A stretch of DNA of 64,000 bases from Antedon mediterranea. Lineage: Eukaryota > Animalia > Echinodermata. A program made the position numbers and the translations under genes. How positions within the stretch are numbered: position 1 is the stretch's first letter; each line of letters begins with the position of its first letter. This document shows, piece after piece, positions 27,801-42,811 of the stretch. Location: positions 32,609,648 through 32,673,647 of the forward strand of contig NC_092673.1 in assembly GCF_964355755.1 (NCBI RefSeq), written 5' to 3'. A model generated the notes under the pieces. That model was given only the letters and a program-made list of their open reading frames with translations, was not told the DNA's origin and did no database searches.

Positions 27801-29007
27801 GATTTGTTGAAAAGATAGTTAATATAAAAACCAGATGAAACATTTTTCGAATATTCATGAAGTTGATAAAAGTAAAGGATATACTATAAAGTTCATTCTT
27901 TTAGGGTATTGGCAAGCATAGTCAATCAGCTGCAATCAGTTGTGAAACGTCCACAACATAGTGCCATTATCTGACGTGATTCGAATTCTAAAAGCACAAT
28001 TTATTTTTAAAACATAATCACCAAACACTTTTAGTTAGTATACGATTATTGTTATGATCATATATTTAAAAATATATAAGCCTATCGTAGGCCTACAATA
28101 TTGTGAATAAAAGAATATGAATTTGTTTTGGCCGTCTTTGGAATGTTTTGTAATGATGTTGGTTGATTAGAACAAGAAGAAAACAGACTATCGGCGAAAA
28201 CTCTGCAAATTATGTCTGTATAAAGTATGTAATGTATAAATGTATGGAAATTATATCGCGTGTGATACATTTTTGCTTTTACTCTGGCTGATTAGAATCT
28301 GAACAACAAACTGACAAACTTTTGTCAACTTCTGCAGACTTTGTAACAATGCTGGTTGCGTTGTTTGATTTGTTGATAACGTTGAATTTCTGTGTTAAAA
28401 GCGGTTAAAATGATATGGTTGTCGCTGATTACACTCAGATTGACATATATTATCATCACGAAAATCCCCCAAAAGTTTTATTAGATAGAAGATCATTACA
28501 CAGGTCATACTTAGGTTATTGCAGTGTAAAGTCAGCAGACAGTAACGTTTATAGATATATTAGAGGATAGAAGAGGCACCAATCAAATGTATAGCAAATA
28601 TACACATTATTCAAACAGCCAATCAAATGATACTAGGTTTAAGGAATTAGTATGCCTCATCAGGAGAATTATTTCTTGTACCGAATTATTTCAATTTGGG
28701 TAAAGTAAGCATGTGTATATGCATTCATGTGATAATAAAATATAAACAAATATCGTTTTGATTTTAAACTATAGTGAGCAAATCTAGCATAATTATGTTA
28801 TCTAGCATAATTTTGATCCATCTAGCATCTAGCATTAATTCTAGACATAATTTTTCTAGCATAATCTGACATAGATCCATTTTGCCAAGCATATTTCCAT
28901 TATTTTCTATGGTTTCTTTGGTGAAGATTAGGCATAATTTTGTTAGGCATCGTCTTGCATAATTTTGTGCTGCCGCCTATTTTCCATCGCTGGCCATCCA
29001 GTTTTAA

Positions 29008-31559
29008 AGATGTATTGTTCCCCTGAACAAAATTTTTTTTTTTTTTAAAGGCCATTTTAATGATACATAAAAGTTATTCACTTTGAAAAAAAATTGGATC
29101 AAAAAAAAAATTATTTACCTTAGAAAATCGTAATTTAAAGTAAAAAATAGTCAACCGGAAGTCGGTTGGCTGGCAGCCAGCTGGCTTCCAGTTTAATTTA
29201 ACCCTTGACCTGAATTAGCTTATGAATTATGCATATTGTATGATTCTTGTGCGTGTATGTGACCTCTAGGTCATCAGAAAAAAAAACGACGTGATATGGC
29301 GAGACGACGATGTGGGAAAGTTCTGTAGTTTAACAACAACAAAAACAACTCCTAATTGAAGAAAAGACTATGGCTAGGCCCTAGCAGATTGGTAAGTAAG
29401 AACTGTAGTTTCTATGGTGCAGCTTTGTTAGTTAGTATAGAAAGCCTAGCTAGCCCATTACAGCTGTACTGGCTATCTAGTGTACTATCCCCTATCTATT
29501 GGCTAGGCCTAGAGTAGTAGCTAGTCTAGTAGTAGTAGTAGTACTAGGCCTAGTTGTAGGCCTGAGTGAGGGTTCACCCTGAGTGAGTAGCAGGCCTAGC
29601 TAATACTAATAGATACAACTTGTAAGCCTTATTAATAGCTATTGCCAACCTAGCTTTAAATAGGATTAGGCCTATAACATTCATCTGTGAGCGTGGAGTA
29701 AGGAATAAGGTTTTAGCATGGAGGTATAAAAATAAAATATTTTATACCTCCATGGTTTTATTGTGACTTGTGTGAATTTCGACACCACCAACTCGTCTTA
29801 TTTTTAGTATAATACTATAATATTAATAATAGTTTTTAATTTATCATTATTCATATCACTTCATTCATTTTAAAACATTTAATTTTCTTTTCTATGTAGA
29901 GTTTGTGATTTAAAAAAATTATACATAAGAGCAGCGAAACTCAAAAAGCGAAAACTTGTGAATGGCTGCCAAAAATAGAAAATAAGGTCACCACCAGGGC
30001 CAGGAGAGATTATGGTGCTTGGTTTTTCCTTCATGATTAATTAGATTTTAATGCTAATATAAATTTGTGAAAATTGTAACTAGGCCTATACTGTACATCC
30101 AATAATGTAATTATTTTAGAGAAAATGACCAAATAATCTAAGTTAAATATTTTTTGGAATGTGTACTTTACAGTACTTAGTACCGTTATGTTGAAAATTC
30201 TTCCAACGCAATAACGTTCAAACCAACATTCACACAATTAAACTTTTTATGTACATATTTTAATAAATAATGTCTTTCTTTTAATAGGTATTAACACACT
30301 TGAATGAACAATATGAGCAAGTAGTGGAAAATGGTGAAGAAATCAACACAAAATGTGGTAGCAACATTCACAATATTTATTTGAACGTTTCTTACTATGA
30401 CACTTTAAAATGGATGAACAACCACAGAAGACAAGCTATTGCTGTAATGCCACAATCAACACATCAATTAATAGTTGAAAATAAATTGTCAACAATAATG
30501 CAGAAATTCAATGAAATATACTAGTAATTAACTCATTTTTTACTGTACTGTACTGTAAATCTTCACACATTAAAATTATGGTGATTTTATCTCATGTACT
30601 GTAGTAGTATTTTTTATTTATTTAATGCTGTATACAAATGTTATTGCTCGAATTATGAAAACTATACAACATTTTAAAAGCTGGAAAACAACCAACACAT
30701 TTGCCTAATGCTTTATGATAGTCATCCAATATTTATCTTGTGTTCCACTACCGAGTCTACTGCCAGTTGCCTTTAAAATGCTGTATGGGTGTAACTTCTG
30801 TTCCAGTCTTCATTAGCTTAAGTCTATAAATTGAAAAACAATGATGTATAAATACAAAAGTCAAATAGAAAAGTATCAGTGGTACATCAACATAGTAGGC
30901 CTATTTCCTGTAGCTAGTTGTGGAGTGATGGCTTAGCTAGGTGAGTACGATATATAGGACCTAGCTAGGCCTCAAAGTGGGTTCCCGCCTACTTTTCTGA
31001 CCCGATTATCTGCCTGCCTACAGCTGCTGCTACACTACACTACACAGTAGTAAACTACAGTACTAACTAGGCCTAGGCCCTACTAGATAGTAGAAGTAGG
31101 CTTATATTATAGCCCTAGCCTAGATAGCTAAGCCTATAACTATACGCCAAAAACTATTATAGGAGGATGTGTCATTCATCTAAAATAGAATTCTACTTAC
31201 CAGCAAATTAACGGCAGAGCTTTTTACATCATACGATCAGGGAAACCCCAACACTTTTTTCTGTTCTTCGCACATGTTTGTTTACGTGGTGAACAGATCG
31301 GATCTCCCCTGTTTGGATACTCATTAACATATCATGCATATTTATGAGCTGTTAGTTAACCATCGTTATTTTGGAATTTCTGAACTTATGAGTTCGAAAA
31401 AATGGTAAACTTATTTTGATTTTTTATAAGCGAAATCAATATTTTTTCCGGATTTTTTTTTCGGCGAAAGTGAATAACTTTATTATAACTACAAAATGGT
31501 CTATTCAAAATTTGATTTTTTTCATCTTTATTTTTCATGTTTTGGGGGACAATACAACT
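29008..31559. mobile_element. 2.55-kb Kolobok-like element
   Basis: TTAA|AGATGTATTGTTCCCC...GGGGACAATACAACT|TTAA; single empty TTAA at 42909-42912 in the duplicate; related end fragment at ~41060-41239. Confidence 0.88.
29710..29761. mobile_element. Second P-element-like footprint
   Basis: GTTTTAG-CATGGAGGTATAAAA...TTTTATACCTCCATG-GTTTTAT; same termini as 12848-12871, 7-bp direct repeat with one mismatch. Confidence 0.65.
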
Positions 31560-33326
31560 TTAACCCAAAATACATACAATTTAACACAAATGTAAATTTT
31601 AAACGTATGGATAAGCCTATACAGCAATCACTACCAAAAGGTGTTTGATAACATCCTTTCCCGCGGTTTGATTTGATGGTGGCTGGGAGATACCGTACCC
31701 TTCTCCGGCACGCAGTGTACTCTTATGAAAGTTGTGGTTCACTGTTTTACCCATGGCGTATGTAACTAAATTAAAAAGTGATAGGTAAATGTAATTTGTT
31801 TTACTCTGGTTTTCTCTCTCTTATCCTTCCCACTTCCGTTAGCCTTTAACAAATTGTAACATGCCACCACCGTCTTTTCCCTCAACATTATTATCTTCTA
31901 TAGCGTTCTATTTATCGTCATGTTCAAATTTAGTTTCAGTGACTTGTTTATAACACAGCGGAAACCATCCCGATCATCATATTTGTTATATGTTACTCGT
32001 CAACTCATTTTTATTTGTTGTTTTCGTTTTTTTAATTTTTGCAGTCGGATTGTGTTTTCATCTTTTTAAAGGTTTATCTGTCATTTTTTTTTGCATTGTT
32101 CCCGTCGTCATAATTAACACTTTAAACCTGTTACTTTGTATTTATACTTTGTATTTATACAAATATAAATTTATAGTAATTTATTTATCTTCATCGTTTT
32201 TTTGTTCTACTTACTACTTACTGCTTCATACTAACACAATAAAGCACACACACAGAACGTGATTCTAATTCTAAAAGCACAATTTATTTTTAAAACCAAA
32301 TCACCAAACAAATTTACTTAGTTTATACGATTATTATTTATGAGTATATATTTTATATATTTTAAAATACTAAAGTAATAGGCTTATCCCTAATATATAT
32401 ATCACTAATATATCACTAATATATATTTATATATTTAAAATACTAAAGTAATAGGTTTACCACTAATTTGAGCATATGAGCATTACATGCAGTAACATTA
32501 ACATATCACCTAAACTACAATATTTCGATTAACTACGGTAGTTATATATTTATCATTAAAGCAAAGTTGAATATAGTAATTTACTGGCTGCTGTAATGAT
32601 AGACCAGAGGACAAGCAAAACAGCGACCTCTAGTCTAGGTTCTAGACGTACGGCAATTCGGCTTAATATATTGATAAAAAAGAAAACAATTTTGGCATAT
32701 ATGGCGTGCCATAACTATACTAGGTAAAAGAAACAAAACAAATTGCCCGCTGATGGCGCTACGTAAAATAACGAAACAATCAAGACTATAAGCGATCTCA
32801 CGCGGAAACAGTAATATAATGTAATATCATTATTGTTCATAAATTCTTCAATAAACTGGTAAAGCTTAACTAATTGCAAACATTTCTCAAAAATAGTTTA
32901 AAATTGTTACTTATTTTTCTCAAAATCATTTAAATTAATATTTCAAAACAGAGAATTAAACGTATAGGTCTACTACAAACTTGTAAACATTACACAACAC
33001 TACTAAATTAACACATTAAATGAAAAGAATAATTATTATACAATAATATAGGTAATCTACATTATATAGGTATACATTAACAATAAGAATACAATAGCAT
33101 AATGAAATGCAACTATATTAGCCTAAAACTATACAATATTACCATTACACCATTACAAACATATTAATTACGAAAATTATACGAAAAAACAACAAAATAA
33201 AATATATTTATGTTAATCAAAGGTAAAAACAAAATTTAAAAATATTTTGTTAATTCACCACGGCAAGTTAACTAATACTAATGATATACGAATTGATACA
33301 ATAAATGTGAATGGATAATTGCGAGT

Positions 33327-34385
33327 GGATACAACGTACGAGTGTGGATAATAGTAATATACGAGGGATACAACGTACGAGTGTGGATAATAGTAATATA
33401 CGACTGGATACAACGTACGAGTGTGGATAATAGTAATATACGAGGGATACAACGTACGAGTGTGGATAATAGTAATATACGACTGGATACAACGTACGAG
33501 TGTGGATAATAGTAATATACGAGGGATACAACGTACGAGTGTGGATAATAGTAATATACGAGGGATACAACGTACGAGTGTGGATAATAGTAATATACGA
33601 GGGATACAACGTACGAGTGTGGATAATAGTAATATACGACTGGATACAACGTACGAGTGTGGATAATAGTAATATACGAGGGATACAACGTACGAGTGTG
33701 GATAATAGTAATATACGAGGGATACAACGTACGAGTGTGGATAATAGTAATATACGAGGGATACAACGTACGAGTGTGGATAATAGTAATATACGACTGG
33801 ATACAACGTACGAGTGTGGATAATAGTAATATACGAGGGATACAACGTACGAGTGTGGATAATAGTAATATACGAGGGATACAACGTACGAGTGTGGATA
33901 ATAGTAATATACGAGGGATACAACGTACGAGTGTGGATAATAGTAATATACGAGGGATACAACGTACGAGTGTGGATAATAGTAATATACGAGGGATATA
34001 ACGTACGAGTGTGGATAATAGTAATATACGAGGGATATAACGTACGAGTGTGGATAATAGTAATATACGAGGGATACAACGTACGAGTGTGGATAATAGT
34101 AATATACGAGGGATACAACGTACGAGTGTGGATAATAGTAATATACGAGGGATACAACGTACGAGTGTGGATAATAGTAATATACGAGGGATATATAACG
34201 CACGAGTGTGGATAATAGTAATATACGAGGGATACAACGTACGAGTGTGGATAATAGTAATATACGAGGGATACAACGTACGAGTGTGGATAATAGTAAT
34301 ATACGAGGGATACAACGTACGAGTGTGGATAATAGTAATATACGAGGGATACAACGTACGAGTGTGGATAATAGTAATATACGAG
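33327..34385. repeat. 39-bp minisatellite, about 27 copies
   Basis: Unit gggatacaacgtacgagtgtggataatagtaatatacga with interspersed 40-bp ctggata variants. Confidence 0.97.
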
Positions 34386-34762
34386 TGATATAATAATGAT
34401 TATTACACAATTATATGTGAAACAATAATTTTGAAAATATTCTTCTATCTCAAGTTAAGGTAACTATTTCCTAATAAAGCAAATCTAACTCTAAATTTAC
34501 AATTTGTATTAAAAAAAATATTCATACATTCATTCATTAATTTATTCAATAATATGTAGGCCACTGGCCCAAGTACAATAATAGAAAATAATTAAAATAT
34601 ACATTACATTGAGTAGTGGTAACAGCAAAATAACTATTTTTTTTTTATATGCGAAAAGGGTTTACTAACTATAGACGATGTTTTAATGTTATATATAAGG
34701 CTAACATTACTTAATACCGCACAATTTGCACAGTAATATTATTGAAAACATTCATCACTGAA

Positions 34763-36343
34763 CTAGAATTTAATTCGTCACTTTGACGAATTATAGGTGA
34801 TCATTTTATCATTTTAATAAAATTAACATTTTTTAAACATGCATGTACGTTAACATACGATCGTTAAAAGTTGATGTACGCCATCCTATGACATGATGCA
34901 TATACACTTATAGTGCTGTGTTCTACCTATTATGTGTCATACAATATGTACAGTACTGTATATCTATATACAGTGTAGCATAGGTGAAATTACGGGACTC
35001 ATATCGTGTTCTAATTTTTTGGTATGATGGAATTTTCAAAATAAACTCGAAGATGACAATTTCGAAAGATAATGAATTGAGCAAATAAATATAAGGATTG
35101 GAAGAAAATTTGACACGTAGAAGCGCAATGCGCGGTCTTTGAAATGTGTATAACTTTGACTAAAGAAATTTAAAAACTACTTTTTAACTTCAACTGGCCA
35201 TATGATAACATCACAACATCCGATAGGCTTAATTTTAATATGAATTCATATCTAAATTTTATTAGCTTTCATAATAAGTTACAATCTTCAAGGTCACCTT
35301 TAATTCTGAAGAGCTATAAGATATTAAAATGTATGGTGTAGCTGAAATTACACGACCTAGGTTATTCAGGTTTTTACGCGTGATGACGTCATCAAAATAA
35401 AAATGTTGACAACTCATTAGAAGAATAATTAATTGAGCAAGCACATACTAAAAGTTGTGCAAAAATCGGGCTCAAATAACGGAGATGCGCTCTATTGAAT
35501 GTGATAAACCACACAAAAAGATAAAAATTCCTAATTTTTAAATTCAAGTGGCTATTTGATGACGTCATACCATTTTGTACGTCTAATGTGTATATACATT
35601 TGTATCTACAACTTATTGGCTTCCATAATAAAAATTGGGAGTCATCTGCCATTCTGAAGAGTTATATTCATTTTAAAAAGTCCTTATTTTTTACCATTTT
35701 TAGCACTTTTGTACAATTCGTGTGCGCATTTTGTCATTTTTAACGTGCTCGTATAGCGTTATTTTAAGTCGGAATGGACTCAAAATTGGTGAATGTACTA
35801 AGGATTGTGAGTAGAAGGTGATTTATACATCAAATTTTATTTTTTACGCATTTTAAGAATCGTGCGCACAAAAACGCATTTTTGCGCAGTAATTTTTTGA
35901 AACGCGCAAATGGCCTAATTCATGCTCTAAATTGATCAAAACCTAATTTTGCGCGTTTTAAATTTTTAACGCGCGATTTCACGTGCATGACCTTGAAACG
36001 CGCAACTTTTTAATTGCTAATATTTTTACCCTTGACCTGAAGTTTACCTGTAGTGAATTTCATTAATATGTCATAATGAATTATGGAGATATGATTGATA
36101 ATGTGATTTCACAAAATGGCGTATAAATGACGTCACGGATGAGTGATCACGATGGAAAGCTAATTAGGATTAAGTTATATTATTTGAAAGATATTCTGAA
36201 ATTTTGGTAATCATTGACATTAAACTTTTTGAGATAATTGTTACACAAAATAGTGTACAGAAACAATAAAAAGAAAAAAAATAATAATAGTAAAGATTTC
36301 ATACAATAACAATAGGTGATCATTTTATTCTAAATGATCACCT
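34763..36343 (-). mobile_element. 1.58-kb Helentron-like non-autonomous element
   Basis: Hairpin taattcgtca-ctt-tgacgaatta at one end; taggtgatcattt at 34794 and 36313 with an inverted copy at 36332-36344; empty site ctgaattaga at 45211-45220. Confidence 0.75.
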
Positions 36344-39300
36344 AATTAGATAATGATGACACCAATATTACAGAGTAGGTTTATTATTATGTTTTAATGA
36401 AAAATATAATTGACAATTGACAATGATCAAATTAAAACGTATAGATATGCCGTCACATTTTATATTGAATTGTTCTCAACTGTTACAAGTGTCGTCTTAT
36501 TAAATTGTATTGTTCCGATGGTCCCCATGATCAGCTTCAGCTGGATGGACCACCCTATTGCATAATAAGTAAACATTGATTTAATACCTATGTTAATAGG
36601 ATTATGCATAGTGTGGAATATACATTTAAATAATGTTATATTTTAAGCTTCAACATTAATCCAAGTATTTAGTACTTTACTACAATAAAATACAGCTATA
36701 AAATTCAATGTATGATGATACTATATAAATGGCAATTTGTATTGTTTTTAGACAATCTTCCAAAAACTTGCAAATTCCTGTTATTATACAACAGTGTAAT
36801 ATTTCAGAATGCCATGGAAATCCTACATGCCACTGTCCCGTACACATATAACAGTACATGTCATTCAAGTAAAAGTAATAAAATTGCAGGTCTCTCACTC
36901 AAAGGCAATACATATGCCATCCGAAACCAGTCATTGACGGACTGATACTAGGGAGCTTTTGCATCAGGACAATAAACGACAAAAATCAAAACGCCGACTG
37001 GGGGACTAACATAAAAAAGGACGATAAATGTAGACGCGTGCATTCGCTTTGTACTGATCGACCATTTTTTATTGTTGTTTCAAAATGACGTCATAAACTT
37101 TGCTAAGTAACAAATGATTGTGTTTGCTGAAGCAATCCAATCTGAACCAATTTATTTACTGAGCTGCAAACGAAATTATATTGCGACAGGTAATATTCAT
37201 TGTGGTAATTTTTTTCTAATAAAGCGCACTGTGGTTACTGAATGAGAATAAAGCACAAACAAGGCAATCTCAATCAAATGTGCGTGATATGTGGTTAGAA
37301 CAGGGAGTTCAACTCCCTGGTTAGAACTTTTAAGACTGAAAACCAAAATCAGTTTTCGCCATCTTCTGCATGTTTTGTAATGGTCTTGGTTAGTTAGCAA
37401 CAGGGCAACAAATCAATCTGTGAAAACTCTGTCAATGTGTTGAGTGTGTATAAAGTTGATAGGATTTTGAAATTATATCGGTCATGTGATGTTTCATTTT
37501 ACTCTGTCTGAGGAATTAGAAGCTGAGCAGCAAACTGATACGAATTTGTTTTCGGCAACGTCTGTATGCTTTGTTACAATGTTGGTTGCTTAGTCTTCAA
37601 AGTATGTGATACGTTACATTTCTTTGTTAATATTTGTTTAAAATCTTTGTAGGTGGTTGTCGCTGATTGATTACTAAGATTGACATATTTTACTTATTTA
37701 ATTACTTTACTTTCTTGTACTAAAACCACGAAACTAGTTATAATGTAACACAAAACAGTTACCAAACGCACAGCAATAGAGAATCAGATATTAAAAAAAA
37801 AATACTTTAATGTTCTTACATTAGAGAAATACTACGAATGATTTAAATAAACTTTGGGGCATTTGTTCTATTATGATTTTTTTTAAATTGAGGTTAAACA
37901 TTGTTTTAACTTTTGCATTTTTCATTTGTCTAATATCAGTGCGTGCTCCAAAATCGAAAAGAAAGTGTGTGCTATTTTCAACAAATATGTGCGTATAATG
38001 GGGAAGCACTTTGGCCAATGTGAATGTCCGATAAACGACCGTAAATATTTGAAGTTACTGCCTTGGCTCAGCATTGTGAAACACATTAATTTTGGCCAAC
38101 TATGCATTCATTTTAATATTATTGATCTTCATGAAGATCCGTCTCCAGCATTCTTTTACTACTGTTTGCACATTATATATCACAAAAACCAGACACGTTG
38201 ATTTCTGCTACCTTATTTAAGGATAATAAAACCGACTGTAAATCTTCCTACCTCTCGTGACCTTGTTTTCTCTTTTTAGTCATGCTAAAGTTTAGTTGTA
38301 AAGACTTGTTGTTACATAGCAGAAACATAATAATGTTGAAAGAAATAAAAAAAAAATTATTTTGACATCTTTATTATTGACAACGGTTTTCAGCGAAGCA
38401 AAAATGAAACGCTACCACAAAAAAAATGCGCAATTTAGATTGCTTTTTTATTAAAGTTTGTTATTAGTGTTTCCAATGTATGCGATAATATTGTCATCGT
38501 CCGTATGCATATTTGCTCAACAATATTATAATGTAGGGTTTATAGACAAGCGCGGTTTTCAGAGAGGAAAAATGAGACGGGACAATAATTTTATCTCTTC
38601 GATGATTCAACAAAGTTTCTAAATGTGAAAAAAATGTGCAATTGAATAAAATTACAGTAGTACGCCATTCAAGTAAGGGCAATACAATTTCTGGTTTCTC
38701 ACTGAAAGGCAATGCACAGTGTCATCCGAAACCAGTCATTGACAGCCTAATACTGCTCTCAATTATGAGGACGCCTAACAAATCAAATAACAAGTAATAC
38801 AGGCATACACTTTCAGGTGAACTGACAACAAAAATTATAATGTGACACGTAATATTCATCTCATGTTTCGTCGTAGTAGTTATTTGTCTCAATAGAGAGA
38901 TAGATTTTATATAAATATCGCACACACAAGAGACACCCTATTAACGGGTTGCTCATTATACCTTCCACAATGCGAATAAACCAAATCAGTCTTAATATCT
39001 TAATTGTATGTAAATTATATACTATAGTGAGCGAAGATAGCAACCAACCGAGAAAACATACGCTGGACACGCGAACACGCAAGTGCACACGTTCCTCCCG
39101 GGTTGACTTTACGCTGAATACATTTTTACGTTGTTTACACCGGTCTATATTTCCACATTTCTGCGTCCCGGGTACGACTCGGATTATACAATTTTTGATC
39201 ATTTCCACATGTAAAAGTGACGTATTACTGTTGCATAATCTTTTATTGATTATCCATTGAGTATTTTAGTAGGCTTACGTATAGTAACGTGATCTTTCAA

Positions 39301-42300
39301 ATCACATTCTGCTCTATGATTTTCTTATGTCCTGTTTTTTTTTTCTTTTATTATTATTATTATCCTGTTTTAATCTTTCAAAATAAGTCGGTTATTCTAA
39401 CTGTGTTTTTAAATTCAAGAATAATTTTAGTGAGTAAAATCAATTTTGTTTTAATGGAAATTTCTTCATTTTGTCTCTTTCTCTCTCTCCACTCTCTCTT
39501 TTCTATTTAGGCAAATTGCCAGGGATAACCATAAGCGAAATCATTCACATCCTTCTTAAAGGTTGCAATCCCATTCACAAGACAAATATATAAACAAAAT
39601 GCTCTGCATATTACAAGTGGAATTGTATTTTGTCAAGCATAATAACCACGACGCCACTCAAACACTTCGGCATTGTAGTTTTCGTCATCACTTTATCATC
39701 ATTATACTATTGTTCAAGAATATATATTTAAAATAATTTGAACATATCCTGTCTACGCACAATACAAGCAGACATATTTAACACACTAATCAACTAATTT
39801 TACATTTATTTAAAAAAAAAACAATTATTCGTAAAAAGACAATAATTTTGGCATTATGGAGTGGGGAGTGTCATAACTATACTTAAAAAATAAAAACGTC
39901 CACACCGATGGCGCTAGGTAAAAAGAAGTAATAACTAGAAACTTGTATAAAGGTCTAAGCGTTCTCACGGGTGATAGCCCTTAATATTAGTATTAGGCAT
40001 TATTAGTGTATAATGCATAATATTTTAGAATATAATTTCATATTCTTGAATAAACTGCAAAAGCTTAACTTAATTGTAAAATCTTACAATAATAGTTTTG
40101 AACCTTCTGATCGTTTTGCAGTCCTCCATCATACACCGTTAAAATGTGATGTTGACCAAATTAGTTTGTGTCACGTAAAACATAATTTGACTGTTTCGCG
40201 TTGTAATTATGTTTGTAAAAACGCAATTTAGTTACTGAAAGTGATTACAAATATACAAAGAACGCATTCTCAATATAATGTACGTGGTACTAGATTAGAA
40301 CTGAATTAGTTTTGGGCAACTTCTGTATGCTTTGCAACAATGGTGGTTGCAATGTTTGTTCATAGTATGTGATAATTATTATCTGTGTTAATATTTGCTA
40401 TATATCTTTGCAGGTGGTTGTCGCTGATTACAGGTTGTCGTACTCAAAAGTTTTATTTGATAGAAGATCATTAACTGGTCATAATTGGGTCATTACTCAG
40501 TAATGTCACTGATTCAACAAGTTTTCTAGATTTGACACCGAAAAACGTTTTATAGATCAGAAAATCGAAGGATAGGTCATAAATAGTTAAATTGTACTTT
40601 GCACTGAAATATGAACGACATACAGTGTTCACAATTTTCGCAAATCTGTTTATAAATTGTATCAATTTGTTCAGCTTCAAATTTTCTTATTTTGTAGTTA
40701 TAATATAGATAGTATATAAACATAACGCTTTTTCGAGTAAGCAAAGAAACAGATTTTTGCTTTGATTAAACAAAAAATAACATTCAATTAATGACATGAT
40801 GTGTCAATATGTTTTAATAATGTCGGACATACACTAAATATAAGGGACAATTGTTTGCAGCGAAAAAAAATAGATCGGCTCAAGACATTATTTCATATCT
40901 CACTCTTCTGTGATTCCACACATTTTCTACAAAAAAACCAATCCAATAAGCAGTAGTATACGTCGTCAACCAAGTAAAGACCAAAGGCATACTGCATACA
41001 GTTGCTGGTCTCTCATCCACAGGCAATACATTTATGCCATCCAAACCAGTCAAAAAAATGCTTAAATTGTCTTTTGTCAGATTGTGGTTTAAATTAACCG
41101 TTTCCTTTGTCTTTTTATAAGTGAAATAAATATTGTTTTTGGTTTTCTTATTTTACAGAAAAATTTCAAAATTTCCTATTTAAAGTCTGATTTGATTAAT
41201 CTTCATTTTTAATGTTTTTGGGGGACAATACACCTTTAACAAAACAGGAGCTAATTGACTGTGTACCTTCAGGTAATGTTATTTAAACTAAATTATTGAC
41301 TGCAAATAAAATCATATTATTGTGACACGTAATATTCATTTAACTTTTTCATCGTGATTTGTTTTAATCCACACTTAGGCATAAAGTTACTAAAGGTGAT
41401 TAAAGGTACAAAGAAGGCGTCCTCAATTTAAAAATTAATGTGTGTGGTGTGATTCGAATTATACAGACTGATATTAATGTTAGAGAGTCCACAACAACTC
41501 AGCATGGTTGAGGGCGAGTTTCGTCGATTTTAAAATTATGACACCTATGGTCGGAAATGACACTCTCACGTTATTATAAATGTATTGATATTTTAAATAT
41601 GAAAACTTAGATACTAGACTATTAAAAGGTGACCTTTTCCCCTATTTTGTGAGGATTTATTTTTAAAGGCAACATAAATAGAAATTTTAAATAGACGAAA
41701 AAGCTTTCGCGCGCGCCGACCATGGATCAACTCTGGCGAATTCGGGCTTGTTGGTTGTCTAGAAACAGGGCAGCTAACATATTATTATAATAAGTTATCA
41801 AGTTCAACTCTCCTCTCCTTTATTCTATATATAGACCACGTGGCCTTAAAACATAAAAGTTTCATAGTGTGTCAAATAAAATGTTCTTTTCTTGACAGCA
41901 CATACAATACAATTTGCTAATAACTTAATCGGTTTTGGGTTTCCAGACTTAAATAATGAAACATATTTGAAATGTAATTTGGAATGAGACGATTCAATCA
42001 AATGTTAGCAAATATACACGTCATCCAAGCAGCCAATCAAATTAGACTATGTTTAAGGCATCGGTAATCAAAATAACTATTTTCTGTAACGATTTATTTC
42101 AGTTTTGGCGAAATAAAGCATGTGAATGAGCATTCATTCGAGAATGTAATGTGTATAATGTAAATATCGTTTTGATTTTAATCCAAAATCTAGTATAATC
42201 ATTTTGGTAACAATAATTATTTTTATCTATAGCATCGTCTGGAATAATGTTGTGCTGCCGCCTAGATTTCATCGGTGGCCAACCTGTTTTAACCTAAAAA

Positions 42301-42811
42301 CCGGGCCTAAAAATACAGACAATATACAATTTCACACAAATTTACACTTTAAACTTCAAAATGTTTGATGACCCATCCTTTCCCATCGTACTACGGTATG
42401 ATTACTTAACAATGGTGGACATTAGATCCGTTATATAACCTTATCCAGCACTCTTATGAAAATGTTTGGTTTACTGTTTACGCATGGCGTATCATAACTA
42501 CAAAAATGATAGGCAGAGTTTTTTGTTTTGTTTAATTCAATAAAAAAATAGTGTTGTTCCAAATAAATATTATATTATTATTATTATATTTTCAAGCATA
42601 GATAATTATTTATTCATTTAATAATTCCCTTCGTGGTTTTACTACTACCTACTGCTTCATACTAACATACTAATACACATACACATAACGTGATTCTAAT
42701 TCTAAGCAGAATTTAGTTTTCAAATCAAATCACCAAATTGTTTTAGCTATTATACGATTATTGTTTATGATCATAATTTTATATTTTAAAATATAATCTA
42801 AGCCTCTAAGT

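Larger units (their letters stand above)
28905..36860. repeat. Segmental duplicate of 42812-45620, expanded by insertions
   Basis: Colinear blocks: tctatggtttctttggtgaagattaggc (28907 and 42811), 31560-33330 vs 42909-44590, 34395-34762 vs 44648-45214, 36344-36850 vs 45214-45615. Confidence 0.9.

Noticed and set aside
33255-34410. Long ORFs (300-380 aa) and a CRISPR-like look
   Set aside because: ORFs are artefacts of a 39-bp unit open in several frames; units are contiguous with no unique spacers and no cas genes.
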